Of a DNA stretch of 64,000 nucleotides, positions 18,507-28,317 are shown piece by piece. Position numbers and translations under genes: made by a program. A model generated the notes under the pieces. That model was given only the letters and a program-made list of their open reading frames with translations, was not told the DNA's origin and searched no databases. The stretch's first letter is position 1. Every line of letters starts with the position of its first letter. This DNA comes from a candidate division FCPU426 bacterium (lineage in GTDB: Bacteria; Oederibacteriota; PGYV01; Palsa-1178), in assembly GCA_963840035.1 (NCBI GenBank), contig CAWIXE010000002.1, positions 1,088,001-1,152,000 of the forward strand, read 5' to 3'.

Positions 18507-19625
18507 TTACTTTGAGTTCGACGCCCCGGCGAAAATATATCCGCCGTCTTTTGTAAGGGCTATTGAGTGCGCGGAATCATCCCCGGCTCCGCCATAGGCT
18601 TTTGCCCATATAGTGTCGCCGTCCCTGTCCACTTTTACCACATAAGCGTCATAACCGCCGCTGCCGTAAGACGTTGTGGCTCCTGCCGCGATAAACCCTC
18701 CGTCTAAGGCCTGCTGCGCGTCATAAGCCCTGTCCCTGCCTGCCCCGCCATATGTGTTTTCCCAGGTAAGCTTGCCTTCACGGTCTGTCTTAATAATATA
18801 AAAGTCATCTTCTCCTGCCCCGTATGAAAAGGTGATTCCGGATATTATGAATCCGCCGTCCGCGGCCGGTTCCACCGAATACCCCCTGTCATATTTGTCG
18901 CCGCCGAATTTTCTTGTCCAGGAATACTCGCCGCTTTTGTCCCTGCGGACCAGGTAAACATCGGCGCCGTCAGCCGGAAGAAAATCCTCTTCCATTGCCG
19001 TCGTTACAAAACTGCCATTTTCCGTAGATACTGCCGTGTACCCCCACGCAAGATAATCATTGCCGAAGGTCTTCATCCATAAATAATCCCCGTCCCTGCC
19101 GGTTTTTGCGAGGTATACCCCATAACCCGTATCATTTTCCGCGTAAGTCCTTCCGGCAATCAGCGAGCCCTGGCCGAGCGGTTCTGAAAACGGTTTGTCA
19201 TCATTATCATCAAATTCCCTGACCCAGAGCATATTCCCTTTTGAGTCAAGTTTCATTAAATTAATCCCGTCATATCCTTCACCGAAGGTATAAGTCTTGG
19301 AAGCTACTATATAACCGCCGTCCTTTACGGGTATGACTGATTCAGCCCATTCATAATAATCGCTGCCAAATGTCTTTGTCCACTGGGTATTCCCGCGCGA
19401 GTCAATTTTTACCACCCAGATGCCGTACCTGCCTTTTGTCATGGAAGCTTTCTCCGGAATCGCCAGCACATAATCCTGCCCTGTTCCCGCTGTTTTCGGA
19501 ATTTCCTTAATTATCTGAGGTATTTTGACCGCGGCCTGCCTTATCCCCCCGCACCGGAGCAGAAATAAAAGCACAGCAACAATGACAACTATAATAACTG
19601 TGTAAACCACATGCCTTTTTTTCAT
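18507..19625 (-). CDS. Membrane-anchored beta-propeller repeat protein
   Basis: Repeated W.KT(Y/F)GG...D....DGG(Y/F)I..G.T.S.G.G..D.Y.VK.D..G blades. Confidence 0.75.
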   Translation of the reverse strand: MKKRHVVYTVIIVVIVAVLLFLLRCGGIRQAAVKIPQIIKEIPKTAGTGQDYVLAIPEKASMTKGRYGIWVVKIDSRGNTQWTKTFGSDYYEWAESVIPVKDGGYIVASKTYTFGEGYDGINLMKLDSKGNMLWVREFDDNDDKPFSEPLGQGSLIAGRTYAENDTGYGVYLAKTGRDGDYLWMKTFGNDYLAWGYTAVSTENGSFVTTAMEEDFLPADGADVYLVRRDKSGEYSWTRKFGGDKYDRGYSVEPAADGGFIISGITFSYGAGEDDFYIIKTDREGKLTWENTYGGAGRDRAYDAQQALDGGFIAAGATTSYGSGGYDAYVVKVDRDGDTIWAKAYGGAGDDSAHSIALTKDGGYIFAGASNSK

Positions 19626-19674
19626 TTTTCCCCTTGTAATATGTCAGCGAAGATATATTAGATGATGTCCGGAA

Positions 19675-22600
19675 TTATTTCAAGATAATAATTTTGCCCG
19701 GTTTTCCGGGCTTGCCGCCCTTACCCTGTTCAACAGAGATGAAATATACCCCGTTTGAAAGGCCCTTAAGATAATCTCTGCCAATGCAAAGCAGCTGCGC
19801 TCCCGCGGGCACCGAACTTATCTTCACTTCACGCACAAGCCTGAACGCGCTTGTATATAACCTGAAGGTCACATCCGACGGCCCTGATTTAACATTAATT
19901 GCCGCGTACAGATCCTGAATTACGGGATTGACCGGATTTGGATAAATAACAGGCTCAGACGGCGGTGTCACGGCTGTTTGCGTGGCTGTGGGCGTGTATG
20001 TGGCTGTTGCCGCGGTTGTATTTGTTGCTGTCGGCTGTTTTGTGGGTGTTGATGTCGGAGGAACCGGTGTATTTGTCTGTGTTGATACAGCCGTGGACGT
20101 TGCCGTATTAACCGGCGTATTTGTCTGTGTCGGCGGCAAAGGAGTATCCGTATCAGTCGCCTGCGGCGTCTGTGTAAATGTATTTATAACCTGTGTGAAT
20201 GTTCCCGTCGGATTTGGCGTGGCTGTATCAGATACCGTTTCCGTAAATGTCGGCGTCCCGAGGTAATCAGTAGCTGTAGGCGTGGCTGTCGGCGAATATA
20301 CCGGCGTTGTTGTGCTAGTAGGTGTGATTGTCGGTGTATTTGTCTGCGAACTTGCCGGACTGGAAGTACTTGTTGCAGTAAATGTCGGCGAAGAGCCTGC
20401 CGTGTCCGTGGCTGTCGCGGTTGCGGTACCGGTAAATGTCTGCGTAAAAGTCGGAGAAATTACAGGCGTATTAGTAAGCGTCTTAGTGGCAGTCGATGTG
20501 CGTGTAATTGTTGATGACGCCGTATAAGTAGGTGTAGCCGTAGGCAAAGTCATATTTATCAGCCGTATATTATCCACCATTACAGTGTATGGGTAATTAA
20601 TCAGTTTCTGAAAAGCTATAAATGTAGCCTGCGTATCACCCGGTGCAAGCAGGTCTGCAAGCGGTATCTGTATTGTAATCCAGTAAGGCGGGATTCCGAT
20701 TGGAGAATAATTGGAAACATTAACCGCGCCCACTGTCCAGTTCATAAGAAAGTTGAAATTATCCACGAAGCCCGCGGTTGATTTAATGTCAAACTGCAGG
20801 TAATTATACCCTGCCCTGTTTTCCGCCGGGAACTGCCATGTGTGCGATGAATACCATGCCGAATCAATATAATCAACCCTCATGCCATTGCCCGCATTGC
20901 CTCCGGCTATTTCAGTCAGCCCTCCGCCGTTCACGCTGTTTGTGACTGTACCGTCCGCGAGCCTTGAGCCAACCGTATCTCCGTCATATATGATTACTGA
21001 CGGCCATACGGGCGTGACGCTGTATGTCGGTGTTATTGTAAACGTCGGTGTGGCCGTGTATCCTGACGGGCATGCCGCGGTAAATGCGTTATACATGGCG
21101 TCGAGGAGCGGCTGGCCCTGCCAGGCTATATAATCCCCGGACAAGTCCCACATCATTACCCCGCCTAAATTTCTTGTTGTTATGGCGTAGTTGACTTTGT
21201 CGGTTATTGACTGAGGATCGTCATAGACAATAACTCCCGTGCCTGTGTTTTTTGTAAGGTACGGATTATGAGACACCGCGTCCCAGTGATATGTCCAGCC
21301 GTTTCCTATATATCCGGCAGCTATGGCGTTATAGTTTAAACTGACAACATCCGTACCTGCCGCTCCTCCGCAGCTTGGCGCGCTGCATGTCTGGAAAGGA
21401 GCGGTGTATAATGTGTAATTATGTCCGTAAAACGGCACACCCATTACTATTTTTGACGCGGAAATTCCGCGCGTTACTGTCATATAGTCCACGCCCATTA
21501 CATCGCTCATCCCATCAGGGTCGGATGGGTTTGCGAAAAGCGGCGCGTTATAACCCACATGGTTGCCCCATCCTCCGTGCTGGTCATATGCCATTAAATT
21601 ATAAAAATCCATCGAGCTGTCTATGGCCGCGTAGTCTATCCACTGCCCATAGTAATTAGTCATGGGAATTGCCGCTGTTAAAAGCCAGTGTACGCCGGGC
21701 GGTTGGGCTGCGTTAAATTTGGACCGCAGCTCTGTCATAAGCAAAGTATAATTCGCGCGTTCCACGGGGGTTGCCATGAGTTCCCAGTCCATGTCAAGCC
21801 CGTCATAACCATTGGCCTGTATAAAGCTTACAATGTTATTCTCAAAAGCATTCCTGGCAGCCGGATTGTTTGCCATCTGGGAACACACCGTGTTAGTCCC
21901 TCCGCCTCCGATGGATATAAGGACTTTCACCCCTGCCGCATGCGCGTTTGCGATGAGCGCGGGCTCTATAAACGAAGGCCCGTAATTTAATGAACCATCC
22001 GCGTTTGGCACCACGAAAGAGTGGCATATATGCGTAAGTTTGTTATAGGGTATTTTTGAGGAATCATACGGCAGTGTGCCGTCGTTATAATAATAAGCCA
22101 GCAGGATTTTATTGCACGCGCCCCACGGTCCTGATGTGGCCGTCGGTACCGGTGTATTCGTCGCGGTCTGAGCGGCTGTGGATGTCTTCGTCGCGGTGGC
22201 TGTGGCGCTTTTTGTGGCAGTGTATGTCTGTGTATTTGAAACGGTATATGATGGCGTCGCTGATACGGTTCTTGAATATGTCGGCGTTCCCGTGGCAGTT
22301 ACTGACACGCTTGCCGTTGGTGTCCCGGTGCGGGTTGGCGTAAATGTCGGGGATGTGGCCGGGGTGTTTGTCATTGTCGAGGTGCGCGTGGGCGTGAAAG
22401 TCGGGCTAGGTATGGAATTGGGTATGAAATACAGATCATCGAACCAGGCAATCTTAGTATTAGGCGCAGTGAGCGTTCCGGTCCTCATACCTATGCCTGT
22501 AAACGCGCCCGAATATCCAAAACTTGCTATGGGTACCTGGAAGTGGTTCCACTGGTTCACATTAAATACCCCGCCGTCAGCGAATGTGCTGTTGACGACC

Positions 22601-24648
22601 ACAGAACTTCCGATCTCAACAGTGTCATTTATAAGCTGAAGCCTGAAATTATAATTCGTGTCCGTCAGATATACCCAACCGTCAAACTTCTGGATGGCTG
22701 ACGTATTCATGTCCGGTCCGCCAAAATTCGCCAGTATTCCCCAGTCCGCGGACGAGGTGCTGACCCTGAAAGACTCCGCGCCGTTAATTGTTTTATTCTG
22801 ACCCATATCATTGAGGTTATTCCCGGGGGTCAGCGTATTTGCCGGTGTTGCCGCAGCGCCGCCTAAGCCAATGCCAAAAGCCGGTATCTCGCTGTTAAAG
22901 ACAAGTATTCCGGGCGTTAATATGGAAGTACTCGTGGGTATTGGTACTGCAGTGGGCGCCTCGGAGCATACATTTGCCCAGTCAGCTACAGCGCCCACCC
23001 TGTTCTTCAGCTGCTCTTCATATAATGAAGCAGGTAAAAGGCCTGACTGGTAACCTACCCCTTCATAAAGGACGTTCTGCCTCCAGGATGCCGGGCCAAC
23101 CTGCAATCCGGCGTTGTTTGAAACTACCGTACCGGAAGTGAAAGTACCTGCCGGCGCGTAACCCGCGCCGTCATTTACCTTATAGTTCCCCGCAACACCC
23201 ACTTCCATGGCGTATCCGTCGCTTGAGGGATTTATGTTAACTTCAGCCGCGTGCCACTGGCCCTGGTATCCGTCCCCGTATAAATTCCATACTGCGCCGG
23301 TCCCGAACGATTCATACGCATTGCCGCTCGTGGTCCACCTGTTATAGCCGTTTAACGCGTTGCCGTTGCCCATTATAAACTGGTCCCTTAAAAGCGCGTG
23401 CGCGAACCCGAAATGAGTATCCTCGCTCTCAGCCGCGTCAAATGACTCGCACTGCGTCATGACCACGTAGTGCGACAGCGCCCTGCTGAGTATGAAGTTA
23501 TGCCTCGCCTGCTCGCCATGGCAGCGCTTGATCAAGATATTCTGCGAGCAGTTTACGTAAAAGCCGTAACCCGCGCCGCCGCCCCCGTAGTCCTGCGTCT
23601 TTTTGATAAAACAGTCCTCTATGGTGATGCGCGCGGAATAATCAGGGTGTATCCCGTACCTCGGGAAATTTATCACTGTTACGTCCTTGACCCACCCGTT
23701 TACCACGCCCTCAAAATATATTGCGCAGCCTGACGGAAAACCGGCCGTCCTGCTGCCGTTATATCCGTTATTATTGTCGTCAAAACTTATCGTCATTCCC
23801 GATATCCCGACATTATTTAGCATGCCGTTTGTAGTGCCGCTTGTTTTGATGAATATGGTGCTGTTTGCCGGATTAAGAGTATACGGTATGGGCGCGTCCA
23901 CGGTTATGCCTGACGCGTCCTTGGATAGGACTTTTCTCAGGTATGTAAAGGTGTATTCCCTGTCGCTTGTTGTCCATACGCCGTTGGAGTTAGTGGTATT
24001 GAAGGCCGGCCAGAAATACTGCTGGATGACTATCCAAGAACCCACAGTAACACTCGTGAGGCTTGTCAAACCGGTTATGTAAGTGGACCCTTCCGCGATT
24101 GTATTGTTTACATGCGAGATGTCAGTGCCGCCGTCAACCCAGCCCTTGTTCCAGGCAAAATACCCCTTTTCAAAAGTAAAGACCCCTTCAAAAGCGTTCG
24201 CGTCATCGCTGTAGGCGTGCGTCTTGGGTATGTTTATTTTTGTCAGGCTGCTTCCCGCCCCCTCAACCGAGACGTTGGGGTAGTTTATGCCTATAGGTTT
24301 TGCGGCGGATGTCTGTGTTATTATAAAATTACCGGCGGGTATTTTAACTATGCCCCCGCCTGCCAGGCCGACAGTGTTAATCTTATCCTGAAGTTCCTGG
24401 GAAATATCGCCGGTCCCTGTTATGGTCAGTATATTGCACGGGATATTTGTCTGGAGCGGAGTCTCGCCAAGGTTATAACCGGTATAGGAATAATCCAGGA
24501 GTTTCCAGCTGCGGGAGTTGAAATTCACAGTGGCTGTCTCATATTTGCCGGTGGAGCCGTTATATGGGAATAACTGGGATGTCCATGAAAAGGCATAGGA
24601 ACAAAACATGAGAAACATTGCAGTCAAAGTGATTAACCGTTTATTCAT
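19675..24648 (-). CDS. Large secreted multidomain glycoside hydrolase: beta-helix domain, CBM-like domains, GH18 chitinase, Thr-rich linkers, YPNP-type C-terminal domain
   Basis: DGLDMDWE GH18 motif, TPT/TAT linkers, PVIYPNP...LSNGVYF...KIIILK end; signal peptide from ATG 24648. Confidence 0.85.
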   Translation of the reverse strand: MNKRLITLTAMFLMFCSYAFSWTSQLFPYNGSTGKYETATVNFNSRSWKLLDYSYTGYNLGETPLQTNIPCNILTITGTGDISQELQDKINTVGLAGGGIVKIPAGNFIITQTSAAKPIGINYPNVSVEGAGSSLTKINIPKTHAYSDDANAFEGVFTFEKGYFAWNKGWVDGGTDISHVNNTIAEGSTYITGLTSLTSVTVGSWIVIQQYFWPAFNTTNSNGVWTTSDREYTFTYLRKVLSKDASGITVDAPIPYTLNPANSTIFIKTSGTTNGMLNNVGISGMTISFDDNNNGYNGSRTAGFPSGCAIYFEGVVNGWVKDVTVINFPRYGIHPDYSARITIEDCFIKKTQDYGGGGAGYGFYVNCSQNILIKRCHGEQARHNFILSRALSHYVVMTQCESFDAAESEDTHFGFAHALLRDQFIMGNGNALNGYNRWTTSGNAYESFGTGAVWNLYGDGYQGQWHAAEVNINPSSDGYAMEVGVAGNYKVNDGAGYAPAGTFTSGTVVSNNAGLQVGPASWRQNVLYEGVGYQSGLLPASLYEEQLKNRVGAVADWANVCSEAPTAVPIPTSTSILTPGILVFNSEIPAFGIGLGGAAATPANTLTPGNNLNDMGQNKTINGAESFRVSTSSADWGILANFGGPDMNTSAIQKFDGWVYLTDTNYNFRLQLINDTVEIGSSVVVNSTFADGGVFNVNQWNHFQVPIASFGYSGAFTGIGMRTGTLTAPNTKIAWFDDLYFIPNSIPSPTFTPTRTSTMTNTPATSPTFTPTRTGTPTASVSVTATGTPTYSRTVSATPSYTVSNTQTYTATKSATATATKTSTAAQTATNTPVPTATSGPWGACNKILLAYYYNDGTLPYDSSKIPYNKLTHICHSFVVPNADGSLNYGPSFIEPALIANAHAAGVKVLISIGGGGTNTVCSQMANNPAARNAFENNIVSFIQANGYDGLDMDWELMATPVERANYTLLMTELRSKFNAAQPPGVHWLLTAAIPMTNYYGQWIDYAAIDSSMDFYNLMAYDQHGGWGNHVGYNAPLFANPSDPDGMSDVMGVDYMTVTRGISASKIVMGVPFYGHNYTLYTAPFQTCSAPSCGGAAGTDVVSLNYNAIAAGYIGNGWTYHWDAVSHNPYLTKNTGTGVIVYDDPQSITDKVNYAITTRNLGGVMMWDLSGDYIAWQGQPLLDAMYNAFTAACPSGYTATPTFTITPTYSVTPVWPSVIIYDGDTVGSRLADGTVTNSVNGGGLTEIAGGNAGNGMRVDYIDSAWYSSHTWQFPAENRAGYNYLQFDIKSTAGFVDNFNFLMNWTVGAVNVSNYSPIGIPPYWITIQIPLADLLAPGDTQATFIAFQKLINYPYTVMVDNIRLINMTLPTATPTYTASSTITRTSTATKTLTNTPVISPTFTQTFTGTATATATDTAGSSPTFTATSTSSPASSQTNTPTITPTSTTTPVYSPTATPTATDYLGTPTFTETVSDTATPNPTGTFTQVINTFTQTPQATDTDTPLPPTQTNTPVNTATSTAVSTQTNTPVPPTSTPTKQPTATNTTAATATYTPTATQTAVTPPSEPVIYPNPVNPVIQDLYAAINVKSGPSDVTFRLYTSAFRLVREVKISSVPAGAQLLCIGRDYLKGLSNGVYFISVEQGKGGKPGKPGKIIILK

Positions 24649-24685
24649 TTTATCCAGCCTTTTCAATATTCCCTCGCCTGGACAT

Positions 24686-24714
24686 ATTTTAGCGTAAAAA
24701 AAGGCAATAGTCAA
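24686..24714 (-). promoter_or_regulatory. Sigma70-type promoter
   Basis: TTGACT-17 bp-TAAAAT; the ORF-track TTG start is this -35 box. Confidence 0.65.
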
Positions 24715-24730
24715 ACGGGTAAAAGCCTCA

Positions 24731-24931
24731 GTTATTGTAAATAATAGTGTGTAAACTCACTTTGACCTTTAAATATGTTTGTTTTCATTAGAAACGGCTT
24801 TCACCCCTCTCCTCTTAGGAGAGGGGCAGGGGTGAGGTGAAACCAATTGTCTTATTCCCCTCACCCTACCCTCTCCCAAATGGGAGAGGGATAAAAGAAC
24901 AAATCATTTACACACAATTAATGACAGTATC
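24731..24931. mobile_element. 201-bp MITE, probably IS256 family
   Basis: Imperfect TIRs GTTATTGTAAATAATAGTGTGTAAA / GATACTGTCATTAATTGTGTGTAAA; 9-bp direct repeat AAAGCCTCA at 24722-24730 and 24932-24940. Confidence 0.75.
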
Positions 24932-24967
24932 AAAGCCTCAAAAACCGCCATGTCCGGATTGTTTTTA

Positions 24968-25286
24968 GTAGAGCCGCCGCTTGCATATGCCGTGAGTCCT
25001 ATAATATACTCACGACATATACGTATCGAACGGCTGCGGCTCAAGGCAGGCTTTGTTTTTGTATCTGAAGGTTGGCTTTGTTTTTGTAGTCGCAGGCCTG
25101 CGTTCCACCGGCCTGCGCCTATATTAGGGATTCACACCCTCAAGCCGTCGACAGTTCACTCGAGGTTATGCAACAGGTTAAGACGATGGCGATCCTTTAA
25201 TAGGCGCACCCCGATAAGGCGAATGGGTGCGACTACTAAAGCATATAACGAAACTACGTCTGAGCCGCAGCAAGCAGCGGCTCTAC
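24968..25286. repeat. Composite REP mosaic, inverted homolog of 11903..12170
   Basis: Same hairpins and the same inter-hairpin spacer, as reverse complement. Confidence 0.85.
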
Positions 25287-25300
25287 AAAAAAACACTGCC

Positions 25301-25774
25301 TTACTTATTTAAAAAATATACACCTGTGTTCAGGTACGACGCAAACCCCACCCATAAAAGGTAAGGCATCATCATTATTGAGGCTGGTTTTGATATCTTC
25401 CAGAAGACGATTATACAGGCAAGTATAAGCACCCACAGGACTATTATTACGGGAATCGCCGTCAGAGGCGTCCTGGCGCCGAAGAAGACAAAGGACCATA
25501 ACGCGTTAAAAATCAGCTGCAGCGAAAAGAAAGTAACAGCAAGTTTGACCCCTTCAGCTGCAAAACCTTTCTTTATGACAAGGAATATGGCAATGCCCAT
25601 GAGCGTATAAAGAGTCCCCCACACCGGCCCGAATATCCAGTTAGGCGGGTTTAAAGGCGGCTTTACCAGGCCGGCATACCATGTCGGAATTGACTGGAAC
25701 GTATAGATGGAGCCAATCGCGCCAGCGGCATAACTGACAAGAACACACGCCAACAGCAGAAAAAAGTTTTTCAT
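25301..25774 (-). CDS. tspO: TspO/MBR tryptophan-rich sensory protein
   Basis: WYAGLVKPPLNPPNWIFGPVW, PYLLWVGFASYLN. Confidence 0.93.
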   Translation of the reverse strand: MKNFFLLLACVLVSYAAGAIGSIYTFQSIPTWYAGLVKPPLNPPNWIFGPVWGTLYTLMGIAIFLVIKKGFAAEGVKLAVTFFSLQLIFNALWSFVFFGARTPLTAIPVIIVLWVLILACIIVFWKISKPASIMMMPYLLWVGFASYLNTGVYFLNK

Positions 25775-25825
25775 TTATCCCCCTTAAAATTTTTATCATG
25801 TATCCACGACTAAGTTTAGCATATT

Positions 25826-27457
25826 TTACCTGGCCGATGGCCCCTTTAATTTCCAGGCCTGATATTCATTAAAATTCCCGGCAGGGGCATAATTATCCCT
25901 GATATAGTTATCAAGCAGCATGACGCCGCTGCTTAGCGTGCTTTTATTGGGTTCCCTTAAGCTGAAACCCGCGTCATATAATATAACAAGTTTAACTTTT
26001 TTGTTTTTCAGACCTTCTATCATTTTTTGCTGTATCGGCGCGCTGGTGACTATTCCCGGGTCAAACGCGGAGTATTTAAAGGGGCAATCCCTTTTTGCGA
26101 AAAAATACATGAGGACATTATTGTGTGTCAGGCTGTCATGCCTTTGATTTCCTGAAAATATATACTCGCCGGGTTTCGTGTTGTTCCTGATGTACTGTAT
26201 CGCTTTATAGAAACCCTCTGACATCGGTATTCCCCTGCCCGCTCCGGCGCGGCCCGATGAAAGCACATTATACGTGTGATATGCCGGTATGGACACTGTC
26301 AAAACATTGAGTATAACCAGGATGCTTACACACGCAATCTTTGCCGTTTTACCGGCTTTTTTAATTGCCGAGTACACATATGCCTGCAGCACAAAAGATA
26401 TTATTAAAAAAGGCTGAAGGTGCTGGCCGTCAGACCTTATTCTGGCCTGATTAAAAAAAATGACAGTAAGAAGGATAAGGAACCCTCCGAAAATCAGGTC
26501 TATTATGCCCTGCTTGTCAGGCTTTTGCCTTACCCCGTAATAAACCGCGCATAACGCTGAAACAATTATAAAAAACGGGAAATAAAACGGCATGGTGTTT
26601 AAAAATATATGTATGTTTGAGAAATCAAGGGCCGGATACGGCAGGTCCCTGTACGCCGGCGCGTAAATAACAGGATAAATAAAAAGGTCATATAAAAGCG
26701 TATTTAATGGGACGTTTAGCATAAAGTATGTAACAGGCAGTAACAGCACTGCTGCCGCGCCTAAAGCCGGAAGCAGCAGCGGCCTAAAATCCTTTTTGTC
26801 CGTCCTATCCGCGCAAACAAGCGCGCACAGGGCAGCAATTTCGGCGGTTAAGACATAAAATCCGAAATCCTGCCTGAATAAAAACACAAAACCGCAGAAC
26901 ACACCCGCTAAAACCGCCGATATATTTTTCCGGCCGGAAAAATAACGCCTCAATGATTCCACGGAAAGCAGTGAAAAAAATATTGCGGGGATTGAAGGGT
27001 ATCCGTAAGACTCCCATACGCACATCCACATAAGCCCGGCAAAAAAGGTAAGATACGCAGCGGCATTTCCGGATAGCCCCGAAACAATGACAAACAGTAT
27101 TATAAGCACGCATGCCCTGAGTATAGAGTCCCAAAACCGCAGGGTTTCAAGGCTCTCACCGCCGGCTTTAAATGCGGCGGCAGCCGCGTAAAACTGCGCC
27201 GGGGCATAGATTGTATGGAAATCCTTATACGGCAAATATCCCCTTGCCACAAGCGATCCCCCATAAGCGATCAAACCCTCGTCATACATACCTGCCGTAT
27301 TCCCTGCGTTTTCATGGTAAATCAGAAGCAGCGCCACAACGAACATCAAAGAATACTTTATAATAGTTTTAATCACAGCGGATTTCTTCCGCGTCACGGC
27401 TGTGTAATCCGCTTTATTGTGAATCATCCCGTCTGCAGGTCCTGAACTATTTTCCAT
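25826..27457 (-). CDS. GT-C fold glycosyltransferase (ArnT/PMT-like)
   Basis: YDEG after first TM helix, G.LPYKDF, multi-TM core, soluble C-terminal domain. Confidence 0.7.
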   Translation of the reverse strand: MENSSGPADGMIHNKADYTAVTRKKSAVIKTIIKYSLMFVVALLLIYHENAGNTAGMYDEGLIAYGGSLVARGYLPYKDFHTIYAPAQFYAAAAAFKAGGESLETLRFWDSILRACVLIILFVIVSGLSGNAAAYLTFFAGLMWMCVWESYGYPSIPAIFFSLLSVESLRRYFSGRKNISAVLAGVFCGFVFLFRQDFGFYVLTAEIAALCALVCADRTDKKDFRPLLLPALGAAAVLLLPVTYFMLNVPLNTLLYDLFIYPVIYAPAYRDLPYPALDFSNIHIFLNTMPFYFPFFIIVSALCAVYYGVRQKPDKQGIIDLIFGGFLILLTVIFFNQARIRSDGQHLQPFLIISFVLQAYVYSAIKKAGKTAKIACVSILVILNVLTVSIPAYHTYNVLSSGRAGAGRGIPMSEGFYKAIQYIRNNTKPGEYIFSGNQRHDSLTHNNVLMYFFAKRDCPFKYSAFDPGIVTSAPIQQKMIEGLKNKKVKLVILYDAGFSLREPNKSTLSSGVMLLDNYIRDNYAPAGNFNEYQAWKLKGPSAR

Positions 27458-27511
27458 TATACACCTTCACCCCCCCCAGTTAGGGCGTATGTACAAACCC
27501 TACCCACAACC

Positions 27512-28216
27512 CTATTTCGCGTCCGCATCAAAAAAATCCCTGTACACCCTGTAATGCGACGTATTTTTATAATCTACTTTTTGTATGACTTTGCCGTCAA
27601 AGCCGTAAACATCAGCGCTTTTTACCGACATCAGTATAGGCGAGTGCGTGGCTATTATAAATTGCGCCGTTCCTGTCGCGCCGTATTCTTCAAGCATATG
27701 CTTTAACTCCATCTGCGTATGGGGCGAGAGCGCGCATTCAGGCTCGTCTAAAAAGTATAACCCTTTTAGTTTATACCTAGCCCTGAAAAACGACATCAGT
27801 GACTGTCCGTGCGACTGTTCCATAAGCGACCTGCCCCCGAAATAATCCAGCTGTTCAGGGTCATTATGCGCCCACTCATCTAAGAGCCTGGCAAACGACT
27901 CAAATGTCTGCGAACCAAAGTAAGTGCCTTTAACAGGCCCGTTCTCCCAGACAGCTTCCACGGCTTCCTGAAACCTATCCTCATACGGGTTGTATTCAAA
28001 CCGCGGCCGCTTGTCCGAGTCCCATATATGTATGCCGCAGTTTTCGCATATCGCCTTAAGCAAGGTTGACTTCCCTGTCCCGTTCTCACCCACGAACATG
28101 GTAACGTTTTTTTCAAACTTCAGCTCAGGCGTGTTCTGAAGCAATTTTATATTAAACGGGTATTTATCCTTTACCGGAAACCTGTCCGGTAATATTTTCA
28201 CTGAATTTAGGTGCAT
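27512..28216 (-). CDS. AAA/ABC-type ATPase (COG3910-like)
   Basis: GENGTGKST, SHGQS, LDEPE, ATHSP. Confidence 0.85.
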   Translation of the reverse strand: MHLNSVKILPDRFPVKDKYPFNIKLLQNTPELKFEKNVTMFVGENGTGKSTLLKAICENCGIHIWDSDKRPRFEYNPYEDRFQEAVEAVWENGPVKGTYFGSQTFESFARLLDEWAHNDPEQLDYFGGRSLMEQSHGQSLMSFFRARYKLKGLYFLDEPECALSPHTQMELKHMLEEYGATGTAQFIIATHSPILMSVKSADVYGFDGKVIQKVDYKNTSHYRVYRDFFDADAK

Positions 28217-28242
28217 TTCTATTCTCCTTATTAATTCAAATA

Positions 28243-28289
28243 CCGGACGACCCGCCGGCCATGTCCAGCAAAGCCGGGCTCGCCCCTAC
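28243..28289. repeat. Single degenerate REP of the 18361 family with loop insertion
   Basis: ccggacgacccgccgg...gccgggctcgcccctac. Confidence 0.55.
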
Positions 28290-28317
28290 GAAACCACAAT
28301 CATATAAAACCAAAAAA

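Noticed and set aside
19982..22639. Val/Gly-rich plus-strand ORFs
   Set aside because: Antisense shadows of the Thr/Pro linkers
24649..24714. 22-aa N-terminal extension of the large hydrolase
   Set aside because: The TTG belongs to a -35 box; ATG 24648 begins the signal peptide
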